A DNA stretch of 63,602 nt, filler included, from Lenisia limosa (lineage: Eukaryota > Protista > Breviatea), in NCBI GenBank assembly GCA_001655205.1. It is 15 parts of 15 records of this genome, joined end to end, with 100 filler letters (N's around TTAATTAATTAA, not from the genome) between each part and the next. Parts side by side here need not be neighbours in the genome. Positions count along the whole stretch, not along the records: positions 3,062 to 13,395 come from LPNZ01009713.1; positions 13,496 to 17,262 come from LPNZ01008189.1; positions 17,363 to 19,621 come from LPNZ01008209.1; positions 19,722 to 21,326 come from LPNZ01011430.1; positions 21,427 to 29,133 come from LPNZ01011421.1; 10 more parts are not named here. One strand, 5' to 3'. Positions 10,267 through 22,375 of this stretch are shown here, in pieces. A program made the translations under genes and the position numbers. Under the pieces are notes generated by a model that saw only the letters and a program-made list of their open reading frames with translations, had not been told where the DNA came from and ran no database searches. How positions within the stretch are numbered: the first letter of the stretch is position 1; each line of letters opens with the position of its first letter.

Positions 10267-13200
10267 TCATTCACCGAAACTCTCGGTCGAAAAACCGACA
10301 TCTTCATGAAAATTCATTTCTTTTAGAGCCAAAAAAGAGGACCAATATCTTGTGGCTTCATATTGACCACTCTCGCTGCTCAACTGCTTTGAAAACGCCA
10401 GCCCTGATATGCAGTAATATGCGGAGTATCTTGCCAAAACCAACAGTAAAAAATAATAATATATTGAGCAGTTATCCGTTACTTGAGAGTTATCACCGCA
10501 TGAAGACCTGGTGAATAAAAAAAAAAGCAGCTGCAATCCTATTGAATCCTATGTAGAAATGACAATAAAAATGGAGTATCAGGTGGAATCCGTCCACAGA
10601 GATAGGTATTCGCTAATGATTAATTGGGCATTACTGGAACCTAAGTTCATGAAGAAACAAAGCTCTGTAACCAAAGGGCCAAGAGTGACCACATATTTTA
10701 CCCACCTCAGTTTATTCTCCCTTGCACCTGATAAAAACACCCTTCCCCTCAAACCTGGTGAAGGAAGCTGCTGCCACTGGTATCCATGTGGTTGGAGTTA
10801 CAGGCATAGTAGTAATGTGTCCCAGTAAAGTGGATTCCGGTATTCCAATGAGCGAGTGGCTCAACTGTACTTCTATTCAGTTAGCAACCGACAGAGGGCT
10901 AGGGTGTGATAAGCAAAAACAAATCCCACTTATAATATCATAAAATATCGATATAATATACTAGAAGTAATACATTAATGATTCGACTCAAAAAAGCAAA
11001 ATAAAGAACGGGTATTGTACTAAAGAGGAGTGAGCTGAAAATGAAGTAGTCCAACCACTTACATAAAAAAGGGGAAATTAGTCATTGCCAGATTGCCCTT
11101 GTTGGAGTATCCACTTGTGACGCCTTCGGGAATGTAGGTGACGTCATCGTAATGTCCAGTCAACTTTGTTACGTTCTGCAAATGTCAGTTGCATTGGATA
11201 TTATCTACATAGCTTTAATGCAGGGGAAATCGTTTTGATTGCTTTTCAAATATGTATAACAGATACACAAGATAGTATATTACATCAAAGATCATGTTAC
11301 TGATATAATCGGTCAGTGAAGCGAAAAGCCCTACCACAACCCCGAACAGACCTTCAAGGGGAAAAAACTGCCGGTTCCCGTCTTGACATAGTCCACCCCG
11401 GATGTGGTCGTGATATGCACACTTTGATACGCGACTGTTCCCTGAAATGTTGGGTGGAAGCCTAAGAACAATGCGAAATATTTACTCCTGTAATGAAAAC
11501 TACAGAGAAAAAAAGGAAAAACGGATCAGCTTAAAAGAACCTTAAAATGATCAAAATGAGAATAAAAGGATTTGGAACATTGTCAGCCAAACTATTCCGT
11601 TTTTAGTCACAGGCAGCATACCACACAGTAGAACCTGAGCCTTGTGAAGTCCATTTTGGCCATGAGACTGTTGGCCGCTTGGCCCCATTCTGAAGGGACT
11701 GTGGAGCCGTCAAAGCCCAGGGTGTGTTCGGAGTAGACTGGCAGCGTGGAGGTCAAATACTGAGGGGGGATGGGGGTGAAAGAAGGACGTTAATGATGAC
11801 TGTATTGGTTTCTATAAAACGCAGACAAAACAAACGACTCATATCGTGTGTAATATATGGGGGTTGTTTGTCACCAGTCCTCACTGTATTAGGAGCATCT
11901 GCACCCCCTTTTGCGTAGTAGTTCATCACCAGTCTTCGAAATGATAAATAGAGGTACGAAATGGTCAAAGTTGGTCTTAGAGTCTATAACTCTTGTCCAG
12001 ATTTGTAGTCATTTTTGAAATAAACTTGGAATATCCCTGATGGTCGAGCGGGAGTTGCATACTTTTTAGTCCTCGTTCATACCCCCCTACGTCCATCCTC
12101 CACCGTCCTCGTCCATATCGCAGTAGGCTGGTACGGCCTAATGTGTCATATAACGTCATAAAGACAATGCCGGTATTTTTAACAAGGGCTTTCCCTCCGG
12201 TCAAAATATAAGTGAATTATCGGTATTCATCTAGGATTTATCGATAAATTCAGTCTTTATTTGGGATCGTAGGGAAGAGGAAGGGAAGCCCAATTTGTGA
12301 AAAAACTAAACAAAAAATGTAATTCGAACAAAGCGACCTGATGATTTGAGTAAGCCCAAGGACAAACCTTCTGGTTTCCGGGTATCATAACGTAATAAGT
12401 ACCACTATCAAGGGTGTCTGAATTCATAAGTATAGCAAATTATAAAAGGATGTCAAGTCCGGACCATTACCACCACATTTATACAATACATGATAAGAAT
12501 ATTATCACCTGAAGAGGGTGTGAACACGTAAGACCACTTTTGCTCAAGAGTACTAGCAATAAGTATATGACATAGTAAGTTTATATGATGAGATATAAGT
12601 TTATATGATGCTATGTACATGTATAGCTATAAATATCATAAGTGTGTATCATAAGTATAAAACCAGATATTACTGCGAGCAGTAGAGATAAGCCGGCTTA
12701 CACCCGAGAGTTGTAGCAAGCTCGAGAATTGATAAACAGTCTGGGAAATCGCTGAAAGGCCCAAAAGCGCGATCCATCTGAGGAGGTAACTTTGAGAAGA
12801 AGAGAAAAGGCTCTAATGATTGATGATCAAATTGGTATCCAAATTATATATCAAGGGGTTTGTCAAAGGGATGAAGAAAGACAACAACAGTAATTATCAA
12901 GAGTAATTAAAGAAATCAATCCAGTTCCACAAGCTAACTCTTTGTGTTGAATTGAGAAGATCCAGTTTGTCTTCGAGTAAACTAATGGTGTTCAAAAGCT
13001 GAATGATGAAGGGTAAATACCTTTGAATTGATAGAAGGCCATCTATCTATCTATCTATCATAGGAGTGTTCCGTCGGATAAACAAAGGGGATTTTGGAAA
13101 ACCCTTGCCAAAGGTAAAAAAAATCCCTTCTAATCCCCTGTTGAACTCATTTTCCTTCCATATTAATTGAGAACAGAGGGGAAGTCCCATCCGTTCATTA

Positions 13201-13340
13201 TCTGTATATATTCATCCATAATGGCCCAACTGTTTACACGTTTACACAATAACCCACCGCATTTTCGCGCTGTATCACGGTGGACAGCGGAACTACGTCA
13301 TTTGATGTGGACGGCTCTGTGCACTGCGTTCCCTCAGGCA
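10267..13340 (-). CDS. Large multi-exon protein of unknown function (5' truncated; possibly secreted or membrane)
   Basis: More than 10 open exons with canonical junctions, e.g. YLTSTLPVYSEHTLGFDGSTVPSEWGQAANSLMAKMDFTRL, GTVAYQSVHITTTSGVDYVKTGTGSFFPLK, NVTKLTGHYDDVTYIPEGVTSGYSNKG. No family recognised. Confidence 0.6.
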
Positions 13341-13495
13341 GGCTGGGTGTTCATAGGTGAATGGAAGACGGAAAAAAACTCTCAGTTCAGTGTTGNNNNN
13401 NNNNNNNNNNNNNNNNNNNNNNNNNNNNNNNNNNNNNNNTTAATTAATTAANNNNNNNNNNNNNNNNNNNNNNNNNNNNNNNNNNNNNNNNNNNN

Positions 13496-15415
13496 CACGA
13501 CAACATCTCGGTTTGTGCCAAGGATTTTCCAATATATTCAGTGCATTGACCGGGGTGAAGCCAATAGCAATATGGGACAGATTCAATATATGGAGTTTAA
13601 CCATACCGGAATTGATACCGATGATGTCGTCAAGAAGACCCTCATATGTCAGCTGGGAAAGCAATGGGGTCTCGAGATCAGCAGTACGATCAAAGATCAA
13701 CAAATCATCAATTTCAGGCTGACAAGGTGAGATTCAAACATAGTTTAATATAATAAATGCACCAGTGAAACGACAACTAACCTCAATGTCAATCTTTTCT
13801 TTTCCTTCCTTCTTCATTCTCATTACCATATCAAAGACACTCTACATGATGAGAGCCAAAAGGAATAACATCTGAGAGGAGGAAATACAGGAAAGCTCCA
13901 AGCGAGCAATTTTAAACACAAGATTGAAGAAGGGTAAAGTATCATGAACATTCATAACTCTTGATTAAGGTGGTTACATATCTGAGCTAAAAGATGTAAT
14001 GTAACCATCAGATCCCTAACTCACCTTGGCGGCTGGACCCACTCCTCTAATGTGTGGAATTAGGCCGAAAGCAGCTTGTAACTTCATCAAAGCCCGAGCC
14101 ATGAAAAACAGTGACGTTTGGTCCCCGTCCTAAATCGTCAATTCACTGTTTTAGTGCTGTAAGATTTTCTTGATTCCTATACAATCAGGCTGTATGACAT
14201 CTACAAATAGTATCAAAGGCAATGAAACTAGACGATATATACCACAGTTTCTTATCAGAAAGAATCAATAACTGGGGGAGATAAAATGGAAAATACTCAT
14301 TGATGAAGGGACAATAGATCAAAAAAATATATATAACATCATATTGTTTCATTGAAGTTCAAGTGAACTTTTCGATTTTTGATTATCATAATCTTCAGTT
14401 GCACTACCCCTCGATTTTTTTATCACCACCCACAGCGGCGTATTCTCGGAAAGAGTCTGGAAGCTCAAGACTCAAAATATCGTCATCAAAGGGGACCATA
14501 TCAAATGAGACCTCCTCAATAATCAAGTCTGGGGGAGGGTTTGTAATGAGAAATAATAAAAGAAGGTGCCTGCCATGACGATCGATTACCAACACAATAT
14601 AGACATGGTCGTCATTCCGATTCGATAAAGCCCGTATATTAGTATCCATTATCACGAAAACCAGCTCACCTCCACGAACTCCGCGCTCGGCAAGGATTCT
14701 TTCACAAATCAGCGAGCTTCGGGGCGAAAAAACAAGATGGAAAGCCTTTTTAGTAGAACTCAGTCTAAAAGTTCAAAAATCGTTCCGAGCCTTCCACAAG
14801 ATCAAAGCATTCTTCCTTTAAAAAAAGAAAATGACTTGATCAACCAACCTGAACTTCTCAACTGCTCGTGCAACAAGAGCCATGCTTTTGAAGTCAGGCC
14901 GCACAAAGAAGAGAATGTTCTAAACAGTGGGTGAAAGGAGGCTGGGAGAGTAAAGTTCAAAAAGCAGCCATCCAAACCTGGGACGCTGGAGTGGGGATCT
15001 CTTCGTCAGTTAGGCGAATGATGTCAACCACGCCATGCTCCTACAAAAGGTAAAGGGGGAATCACTTATTTTAAATACTGGTATGACACGATGCCTCCTT
15101 TCACCGGTTCCAAAAATAAACAAACTAAAATCCATTCCTGTGAGTTACACAATAAATCCCTTTTTGTTAGATCATTCAACAGTGCTGATAACAGAGTTGC
15201 AAACCTTGAGGGAGTTTCCGTCAGTGACGAAAAAGAGTGAAGACATGATAATAGGCTCAATAATCAATGTGAATGGGCCATCAACCTGGAGAAGAAGAGT
15301 CAAAAAAGGGGGAAGAAATTCAAACTTTTGCAGAACTGAAGACTCTGTTGATTTGAGACTGAGTTTCCTTTTGAATAGCCTTCAAATTGATGGCTGCATT
15401 CTCTAACGCAGCCAT
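13496..15415 (-). CDS. VPS33: Vacuolar protein sorting 33 (Sec1/Munc18 family), 3' truncated
   Basis: ATG at 15415-15413 ([11 protein letters not shown]), [89 protein letters not shown]. Confidence 0.95.
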
Positions 15416-15701
15416 TTTGGCAACAACAAAAACAAAACAAGTACACTTAAACTCAATTCAATAACTATATTTTACAAATTCAATCAATTTAACGCGACCA
15501 ACAACTCTATTTTGCGATTTTTTCAAGTGTCAAAATAATTGTTGCACTTACCAAGTTAGGGCGACCGGATCAAATAAAAATCTTGAAATTAAAGCAAATT
15601 CCGACCTTTCCTTTGTAACATAGTGCTATTATTAAATTATTGTGTGCAAAGATATTAAAATAATTACAGTTTGTTGATTGGTTTTCTTTCACAAATTTGA
15701 A

Positions 15702-16964
15702 ATGAGGAAGTTTGTGCTACTTTCTTTGCTAGCACTTGTCTTCACAACAGCTGTAGCCTTTCCGGGTAAGTAACACTTTTCATGGCTGTTCATTTTTTCT
15801 TCCAATCTCATCTACATAGCTACAGTGACGACACAACCACCCTTTAGTTCAGCTCTAACCGTTGATGTGCTTTATGTGTACTCACATACAAGCGACCCAA
15901 CTGCTGACTGGGTTCCTACCACTTCTGACTGTTCTGTAGCAGGGCAAGGTAGGGGAAAATGCTTTTTAGCCGGAAATTATACCACTTTTCTGACCATTCA
16001 ACAGTTAGCCACCAGAATATCACTTCTGGTAATTCCGCCTCCTTCACCTTCCCACAAAACGGTGTCTATAAGCTGTGTTTACTCTGGGATGGGGAGTCCA
16101 GTTACACGGAGTACTCCAACGAGATCACCATAGACGGTAGGCCTATGATTATGGGTGATCGTTCATTTCATGTCCACCTCCCTTCGCGAACAATTATGGG
16201 CATCTTAGCGTATTTTATACGGCAGTTTAAGAGAATTCTGCAATTGGCATTACGAGTTTAGGATGTCTGGCCATCTCTGACGTGGAGACTTGCAAGAACT
16301 CTGGATGTCGTTATTGCGAGCTCAAGGGCTTCTGCGAGCTTGATGACGGTGCTGTCGACCCCACTTGCGGTACGCCCGGGCCTGCCGTCTGTCTAATGCA
16401 CACATTGGCTTTACATCACTCGTCTATGCTTGTCTTTACATCTGGCCCTTCATCTTCGTTTATAGTCTTCATGCCTGTGCAGTCTTTTTGTCTCTGCAGT
16501 CTCTCTCTCTATTTACTTGTCTAAAACCATTGAAAGTATTCAACATTGCCATAATAAATGAGCACAAATAAATATGTCTCAATTTGACATACTTGTGTAT
16601 ACTATTGTACATGGCATCTACTGAAATTCACCCTCTATTTATTTCTACCAAGGGCTTCACTTCGATTTGAAAAAGACCGCGATAGTTTTCGAGGATTTAT
16701 CGAGAAATTCAGTCTTTTTTCGAACCGAAGTGAAGCCCTATTTCCACCCTAATTCGTACCCACATAGCCCCCCCCCTCAAAAAAAAAATCAACTTCCCCT
16801 ATACCGCCTCCCTTACCCCCTAGTTAACTCGACCTGTTCGGCCGCGCAATTTGCCTCTTGTAGCGGCAACAACACCTGCATTGAGACCCAGTCCTGTACC
16901 CGGGTATCCCTGCATGATGACCTGGAATGCACGTTCACCTTCAAGGCCGGGCCGTGTGACGATA
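15702..16964 (+). CDS. Secreted or cell-surface cysteine-rich protein (3' truncated)
   Basis: Signal peptide MRKFVLLSLLALVFTTAVAFP; PSI-like CLAISDVETCKNSGCRYCELKGFC; Cys repeat CSGNNTCIETQSCTRVSLHDDLECTFTFKAGPCDD resembling dictyostelid surface-protein repeats. Confidence 0.8.
16652..16738. mobile_element. ~90-100 bp palindromic MITE (family A), best-preserved copy
   Basis: TIR GGGCTTCACTTCGGTTCGAAAAAGAC...GTCTTTTTTCGAACCGAAGTGAAGCCC with core ATCGATAGTTTTCGAGGATTTATCGAGAAATTC; flanks usually TA within CTAG. Other full or degenerate copies at ~357-442, 17065-17160, 31000-31093, 34341-34439, 39994-40068, 40716-40812, 43708-43800 and 56527-56617; halves or cores at ~1480, 12230, 31961, 35948, 37017, 38930 and 62032. 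Confidence 0.9.
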
Positions 16965-18559
16965 GTTGGGGGGGGGGGANNNNNNNNNNNNNNNNNNNNN
17001 NNNNNNNNNNNNNNNNAAACAAAAAACAAGCAATAACAAACACGAGCAACCAACGCTAAAACTAGGGGGGGGGCTCCACTCCGAAAAAGACTGGTAGAAT
17101 ATCGATATTTATCGAGGATTTATCGACATATTTAGTCTTTTCTGGGCCGAAGGGAAGCTCTGGAGGAGTATGACACAACTGGGGAATTGAGGAGCAAAGT
17201 CCCCGACAATTCATGATAATATCACCCAGGGGTGTCACCAAAAGTGCTGTTTTGACCGTTCANNNNNNNNNNNNNNNNNNNNNNNNNNNNNNNNNNNNNN
17301 NNNNNNTTAATTAATTAANNNNNNNNNNNNNNNNNNNNNNNNNNNNNNNNNNNNNNNNNNNNGTTTTGTTTTTAATACCACTTTTTCACAATTTTCTTTT
17401 AAATGCAGACGCTGCCACCCCTTTTAGATGAGCCATTTATTTAATTTAACCGTATAGACCCCTCTCGCCCGTCCGCAGCATCCTCAGTCCATTCTCTCCA
17501 ATTACGAAGACTCTTTTTTACAACAGTCAATATCGAAATCGTATGTGGAACCTGGGTTTTTATTATTATTATTATTATTTCATTTTATTGTATTTGTATT
17601 TCATTTTATTTTGTGAGGCAAGGGGGGGGGGGGNNNNNNNNNNNNNNNNNNNNNNNNNNNNNNNNNNNNNNNNNNNNNNNNNNNNNNNNNNNNNNNNNNN
17701 NNNNNNNNNNNNNNNNNNNNNNNNNNNNNNNNNNNNNNNNNNNNNNNNNNNNNNNNNNNNNNNNNNNNNNNNNNNNNNNNNNNNNNNNNNNNNNNNNNNN
17801 NNNNNNNNNNNNNNNNNNNNNNNNNNNNNNNNNNNNNNNNNNNNNNNNNNNNNNNTGCCGTGTCACGTGACTGCAGCCGATTCTCCCGCCCCTCACTCCC
17901 ATCTTTACCTGACCAATCCTCGCTGTCTATAGCAACGTTGATTGGTGTTCCAATATCTGAGCTTCGCTGATTCATCCAGGGTTTACATGGGAGTATAAGA
18001 TATTAAATTGGGTGTATGGTTGCAATGGGCATTGGTGGATAGAATGGCAGATAGGCTCAATAAACCTCTGGCGTCAGGGTGAAATTGGAATTCCCTTTTA
18101 GAATCCGAATTTTGTGCTGTTTTAGGATATTTGTTCGGTAGACTAAAAGACCGCTTAACAGTGAGATTGGTTTGGAACAATTGATGTGGATAGCTAATTT
18201 GAAAGGAAATTCTGGTGCAGGACCATTTTCTAGAACTGCTTTACTACACTGAATTAATAATATGCGTGGGCTGCTTTGGCGAAAGTTTTTTTTTTGCCCT
18301 AGTACTTCCCAGAGTCATATGGCACCCCACGTCAACGACCGACCAAATGTGAGGCAGAACAGGTTACACCCCCTTCCCTAACAATCAGGTAAATTCATTA
18401 ATTCAGATAAACTGACCATGATAAGTCCTTTGACAGGATATAGCTCAACATTCGTGTCAGTCAGTGAATATTGTACCCATTATTCAACAGTTCAGATATA
18501 TTGTACAAATAACCATTACGAGTACCTCACATTTACAGCCACGCCTTCACAGCCTCAAT

Positions 18560-18781
18560 GTTACTTCTTTCCCCTCGGAGCTCGGATACCTAAATAGTCA
18601 AAAGCGTTCAAATACATTCCTCTTATTAATATGTTCTAATAGCTACAATGTTGCTCCTTAGCTCGGATACCTAAATAATCAAACGCGTACCAGTATATTC
18701 CGCTATCATTTAATCATATAATACCATATTTTCCTACGATGTTGCTCCTTTTCCTCTCTGAACTCGGATACCAAAATATCC
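18560..18781 (+). repeat. Degenerate tandem repeat, 3 units of ~90 bp
   Basis: atgtt(a/g)ct(t/c)c...ctcggatacc(t/a)aaata recurs at ~18560, 18648 and 18739. Confidence 0.6.
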
Positions 18782-19136
18782 ACTGACAAAATTGAACATC
18801 CCCCATCAAAGCGAATTTATTATCTGTTGTTTTTGCGTATCAACTGGCATCAATTGGCCACATTTGCGTTGACTAATTGCGAATTGGATGAAGGACCAGA
18901 CCAGAATCCTAAGTGGGATTTTTGGGCCTTAAGTCGGAGTTGAGTCCAAAAATCCTAATCTTGGGTTGGAAATTGAAAACGATTTTAGAAACAACTTCCT
19001 TTTTGGGCAAGTTTGATTCAACTTAACATAAAGGAGCAAATTCTCAACTGTGTCTTCATTGAAATTTCCTTCGTTTTACTCCCCCCCCCCCNNNNNNNNN
19101 NNNNNNNNNNNNNNNNNNNNNNNNNNNNNNNNNNNN

Positions 19137-19590
19137 TGGACTTCAGAGCAGCCGCCACCGCGGCTTGGACTTTCACATCAATATCGTCAACTTGGACTAA
19201 AAGAACCTGGGGAGTAAAATTGGAGGAGTTATGAAACAAAAAGAGCCCAAAATCAACTCTGTTGGCTGACAACACACGAGGGTTGATAACAACAAGAAAA
19301 TAGACAATTTAATGAAACACGAATCGTGTCAGGATTTAGGTCACTGTGTCCTACCCCTACCCTACCTTAAAAGTGTTCTTCAAGGTGGCCGAAATGCTGA
19401 CACCTGACACATTGGTGACGTCCTCATTATCATCACCAAAAACGCCTGTTTTCATAGGAAGGCCCATTGGGCCCAACGGGCGAGCTGTTTTCTCAGGAAT
19501 TACGGGGACATCATCGACTCCGCCTGCAGCCGTCAGAGTGAGGAGTGCTTTCATGCGGTCTTGGAGAATAGTGCAGCTGAGGACTCGAAT
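19137..19590 (-). CDS. Exons of a probable HEAT/ARM-repeat protein (weak resemblance to the DNAAF5 C-terminus)
   Basis: IRVLSCTILQDRMKALLTLTAAGG...SATLKNTFK spliced in phase 0 to VLLVQVDDIDVKVQAAVAAALKS, a HEAT-like LL..LDD.D..VQ.A...AL pattern. Confidence 0.5.
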
Positions 19591-20003
19591 CTGGGGGGTG
19601 GGGTGAAAGATATATTAAGGCNNNNNNNNNNNNNNNNNNNNNNNNNNNNNNNNNNNNNNNNNNNNTTAATTAATTAANNNNNNNNNNNNNNNNNNNNNNN
19701 NNNNNNNNNNNNNNNNNNNNNTATTTCCCTTCTGTTTTTGAAAGTAATCTCAATCTTAATCAAATAATGAAACCCCAATTTCACATATTCACTAAAAGAG
19801 GGTAAGATTCAGAAAAAAATCCTGTGAAAAGGCAAAAGGGGGACCCCCGNNNNNNNNNNNNNNNNNNNNNNNNNNNNNNNNNNNNNNNNNNNNNNNNNNN
19901 NNNNNNNNNNNNNNNNNNNNNNNNNNNNNNNNNNNNNNNNNNNNNNNNNNNNNNNNNNNNNNNNNNNNNNNNNNNNNNNNNNNNNNNNNNNNNNGGTTGG
20001 TGT

Positions 20004-20939
20004 TTAAAAACGCGAACATGATTAAAACCGCGAACAAGCAAAAAATCGACATAAATCGCTTCAATAACACCCTTTTTAGTGGGAAATTCGGCAGTTTTGA
20101 GTACTAGACTATTAATAACATCAAAACAAAGAAATTTTGAGCAAAAAGAAAAAAAAGAGGAGATAAAAAATAATAATAAAAAAAAATCTTTTGATCAGAA
20201 TCGAACCCGGCCGGGGTCACCCAGTTTCCTTTACATGAGAATATTTTTTGAAACCCCCCTCTTTCAGAATAGTAGCATTTTGGGCCTATTAAAGTGCCCC
20301 ACTATAGAAACGCAGATTTTTAAGGAGATTCGAATCTGAAGTCCATTTTTGGAGAAAATGCAGTGGTTTTAAGGTGTTTAAGTCAACTTTTGTAACGGTT
20401 TTTCCAAGAAATTTCCTTGTTCAGTCTCTATATTGGAGCCAATGGACGAAATAGACGTCTGATTAAAGTATATGCTGCGTCAACAACCCATTTACCGTTC
20501 TGGAACGGCACAAAAGGTAAGAGTCAAATTCGCTTGATTTATTAACATCTTCTATCATTTTTCGCCCGGTAATTTACGCTCACTTTTTGCCCAATTTGAC
20601 TCGTATTCTCTACTTAAATGCCTCTAGGTTACTCAAGGGTGAAAAAAAATCAAATCTGAAGGTGCAAGAACGTCTTCACTTTATCGCAGGGACAATTCTA
20701 GGTCCATAATCAGTGATTTTAATGTATCGAATGAAAAATTGAAGTAACATGAAGGTGGTATTTTGCATGTATGTTGATACCCCTGCCCATTCTTATGAAT
20801 AAAACCCTGTATAAAGGAGTGTTTCGGGCGATAATTTGCAAAAAAATGCGAAATGGGTGTAAATAAGGAGCGTATTGGCTCAAAAATTGAAAGAAAAGCC
20901 TCCTTTTGTTCGCGGTTTTAATCATGTTCGCTGTTTTAA
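20004..20939. mobile_element. ~940-bp non-autonomous DNA transposon with ~34-bp TIRs
   Basis: Left ttaaaaacgcgaacatgattaaaaccgcgaacaa and right ttgttcgcggttttaatcatgttcgctgttttaa are inverted repeats; no convincing ORF inside. Confidence 0.75.
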
Positions 20940-21559
20940 CTATATATAGGTGACTATCATTTTCCGAATTAAACCCGGATTTTTCAGTCAAAAGTATTGC
21001 AAAATCATAAAATTGGTTAACCACCAGATCAATAACGTCAATACACTACATTACACTGCAAATAACATAAGAATATTTACAGAAGATAAAATCTGTCACC
21101 TAAAACAGGGTTATTTTACCAAGAAAATGAATAACAAACCGTNNNNNNNNNNATCAATACACTACATCACACTGCAAATAACATAAGAATATTAAGATAA
21201 AATCTGTCACCTAAAACAGGGTTATTTTACCAAGAAAATGAATAACAAACCGTTAAAATTATATTGTTAATTGCCATCTTCGCAGGTGGTATACATGGCA
21301 ATACTGAATCGTTGGATTACTAAATCNNNNNNNNNNNNNNNNNNNNNNNNNNNNNNNNNNNNNNNNNNNNTTAATTAATTAANNNNNNNNNNNNNNNNNN
21401 NNNNNNNNNNNNNNNNNNNNNNNNNNAGAAACCTTCTTTCCCCACCCCGCTTACTTGACGGATAACACACTCATAAAGGGGGAGGGTACAACCTAAAACT
21501 TCAAGAAGTCTGTTGTATGTTAGAAGATCAGAGTGACATCACAAGCACNNNNNNNNNNG

Positions 21560-22270
21560 GACGTTGACGGGAAAAAATGGAACAGTCTGCGGGAAGATTT
21601 GAGGTACGGTTTGCGATTTTCAGCATTTCCTTTGCTTCAGCACCGTCAATAAAGGTCCCATCAGCCTGGTATATCAAAGCAAATAAGTCAAATGACAAAA
21701 GGTTAAGAGATAATATCCAGACACAATATAAGATATGATATATCATAGTACTCTCACAGATTATACCAGAAGTATGGCGGAGTTATAGAAACCTTCTTTC
21801 CCCACCCCGCTTACTTGACGGATAACACACTCATAAAGGGGGAGGGNNNNNNNNNNGTCGCCAGGGGGGAGAGGAGGAAGAACTGCTCCTTCTTCTTTGG
21901 CAATGTCTGCGAGATAACCTCTATCATCCCCGCAATCATGAAGGACATATGTAAAGTTTTTCGTCATCTTTTCGGGGACTTCCTTCAATCCTGCTTCAGT
22001 CGGACTTGGTCGCATCTTCCCGGTACGCACCGGGCATAATTCCTCTGAAAAGAGGGAAAGGCAGGAGAAAAGGACCACTGGTCCAAAAGTGCCCCAAAGT
22101 CTGTGGCCATCCAGGGTTATTGATAAATCCCTTGTCATCACTGTGTCGAGAGACAGATGGGCGGACATCAAAATGGTAGTGCTTGTTACTCATTGTAAAT
22201 GATATGAGAGGCGGCATGACATATAACTGATGATTTTTCTTCAGGGAGTTGACATCTTCTTGGGTGGAAC
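21560..22270 (-). CDS. Multi-exon protein fragment of unknown function (scaffold order locally scrambled)
   Basis: Open exons KHYHFDVRPSVSRHSDDKGFINNPGWPQTLGHFWTS, YVLHDCGDDRGYLADIAKEEGAVLPPLPPG, ADGTFIDGAEAKEMLKIANRTSNLPADC. Confidence 0.5.
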
Positions 22271-22375
22271 TAAAGTAGATCACATTTCATCCCCCCCCCC
22301 CCCNNNNNNNNNNNNNNNNNNNNNNNNNNNNNNNNNNNNNNNNNNNNNNNNNNNNNNNNNNNNNNNNNNNNNNNN

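Noticed and set aside
15322-15335. Possible GC-AG first intron in VPS33
   Set aside because: A canonical GT donor 6 nt downstream keeps the same frame, so a non-canonical site is not required.
17056-17065. D element ends in CTAG/CTAA, like a Helitron 3' end
   Set aside because: No convincing subterminal hairpin or 5' TC terminus was seen; noted, but a Helitron assignment is not supported.
20190-20225. tRNA T-loop/B-box-like ccgggttcgattc on the minus strand
   Set aside because: No acceptor, D or anticodon stems can be formed; at most a remnant inside a repeat.
21038-21252. ~100-bp direct tandem duplication
   Set aside because: The two copies flank a 10-N scaffold gap, typical of unmerged contig overlap.
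21427-21846. 60-bp direct repeat (21427-21486 and 21787-21846) resembling LTRs or a TSD
   Set aside because: Both copies end at contig or 10-N gap edges, and the exon logic is restored by reordering the pieces, so this is a scaffolding artefact.
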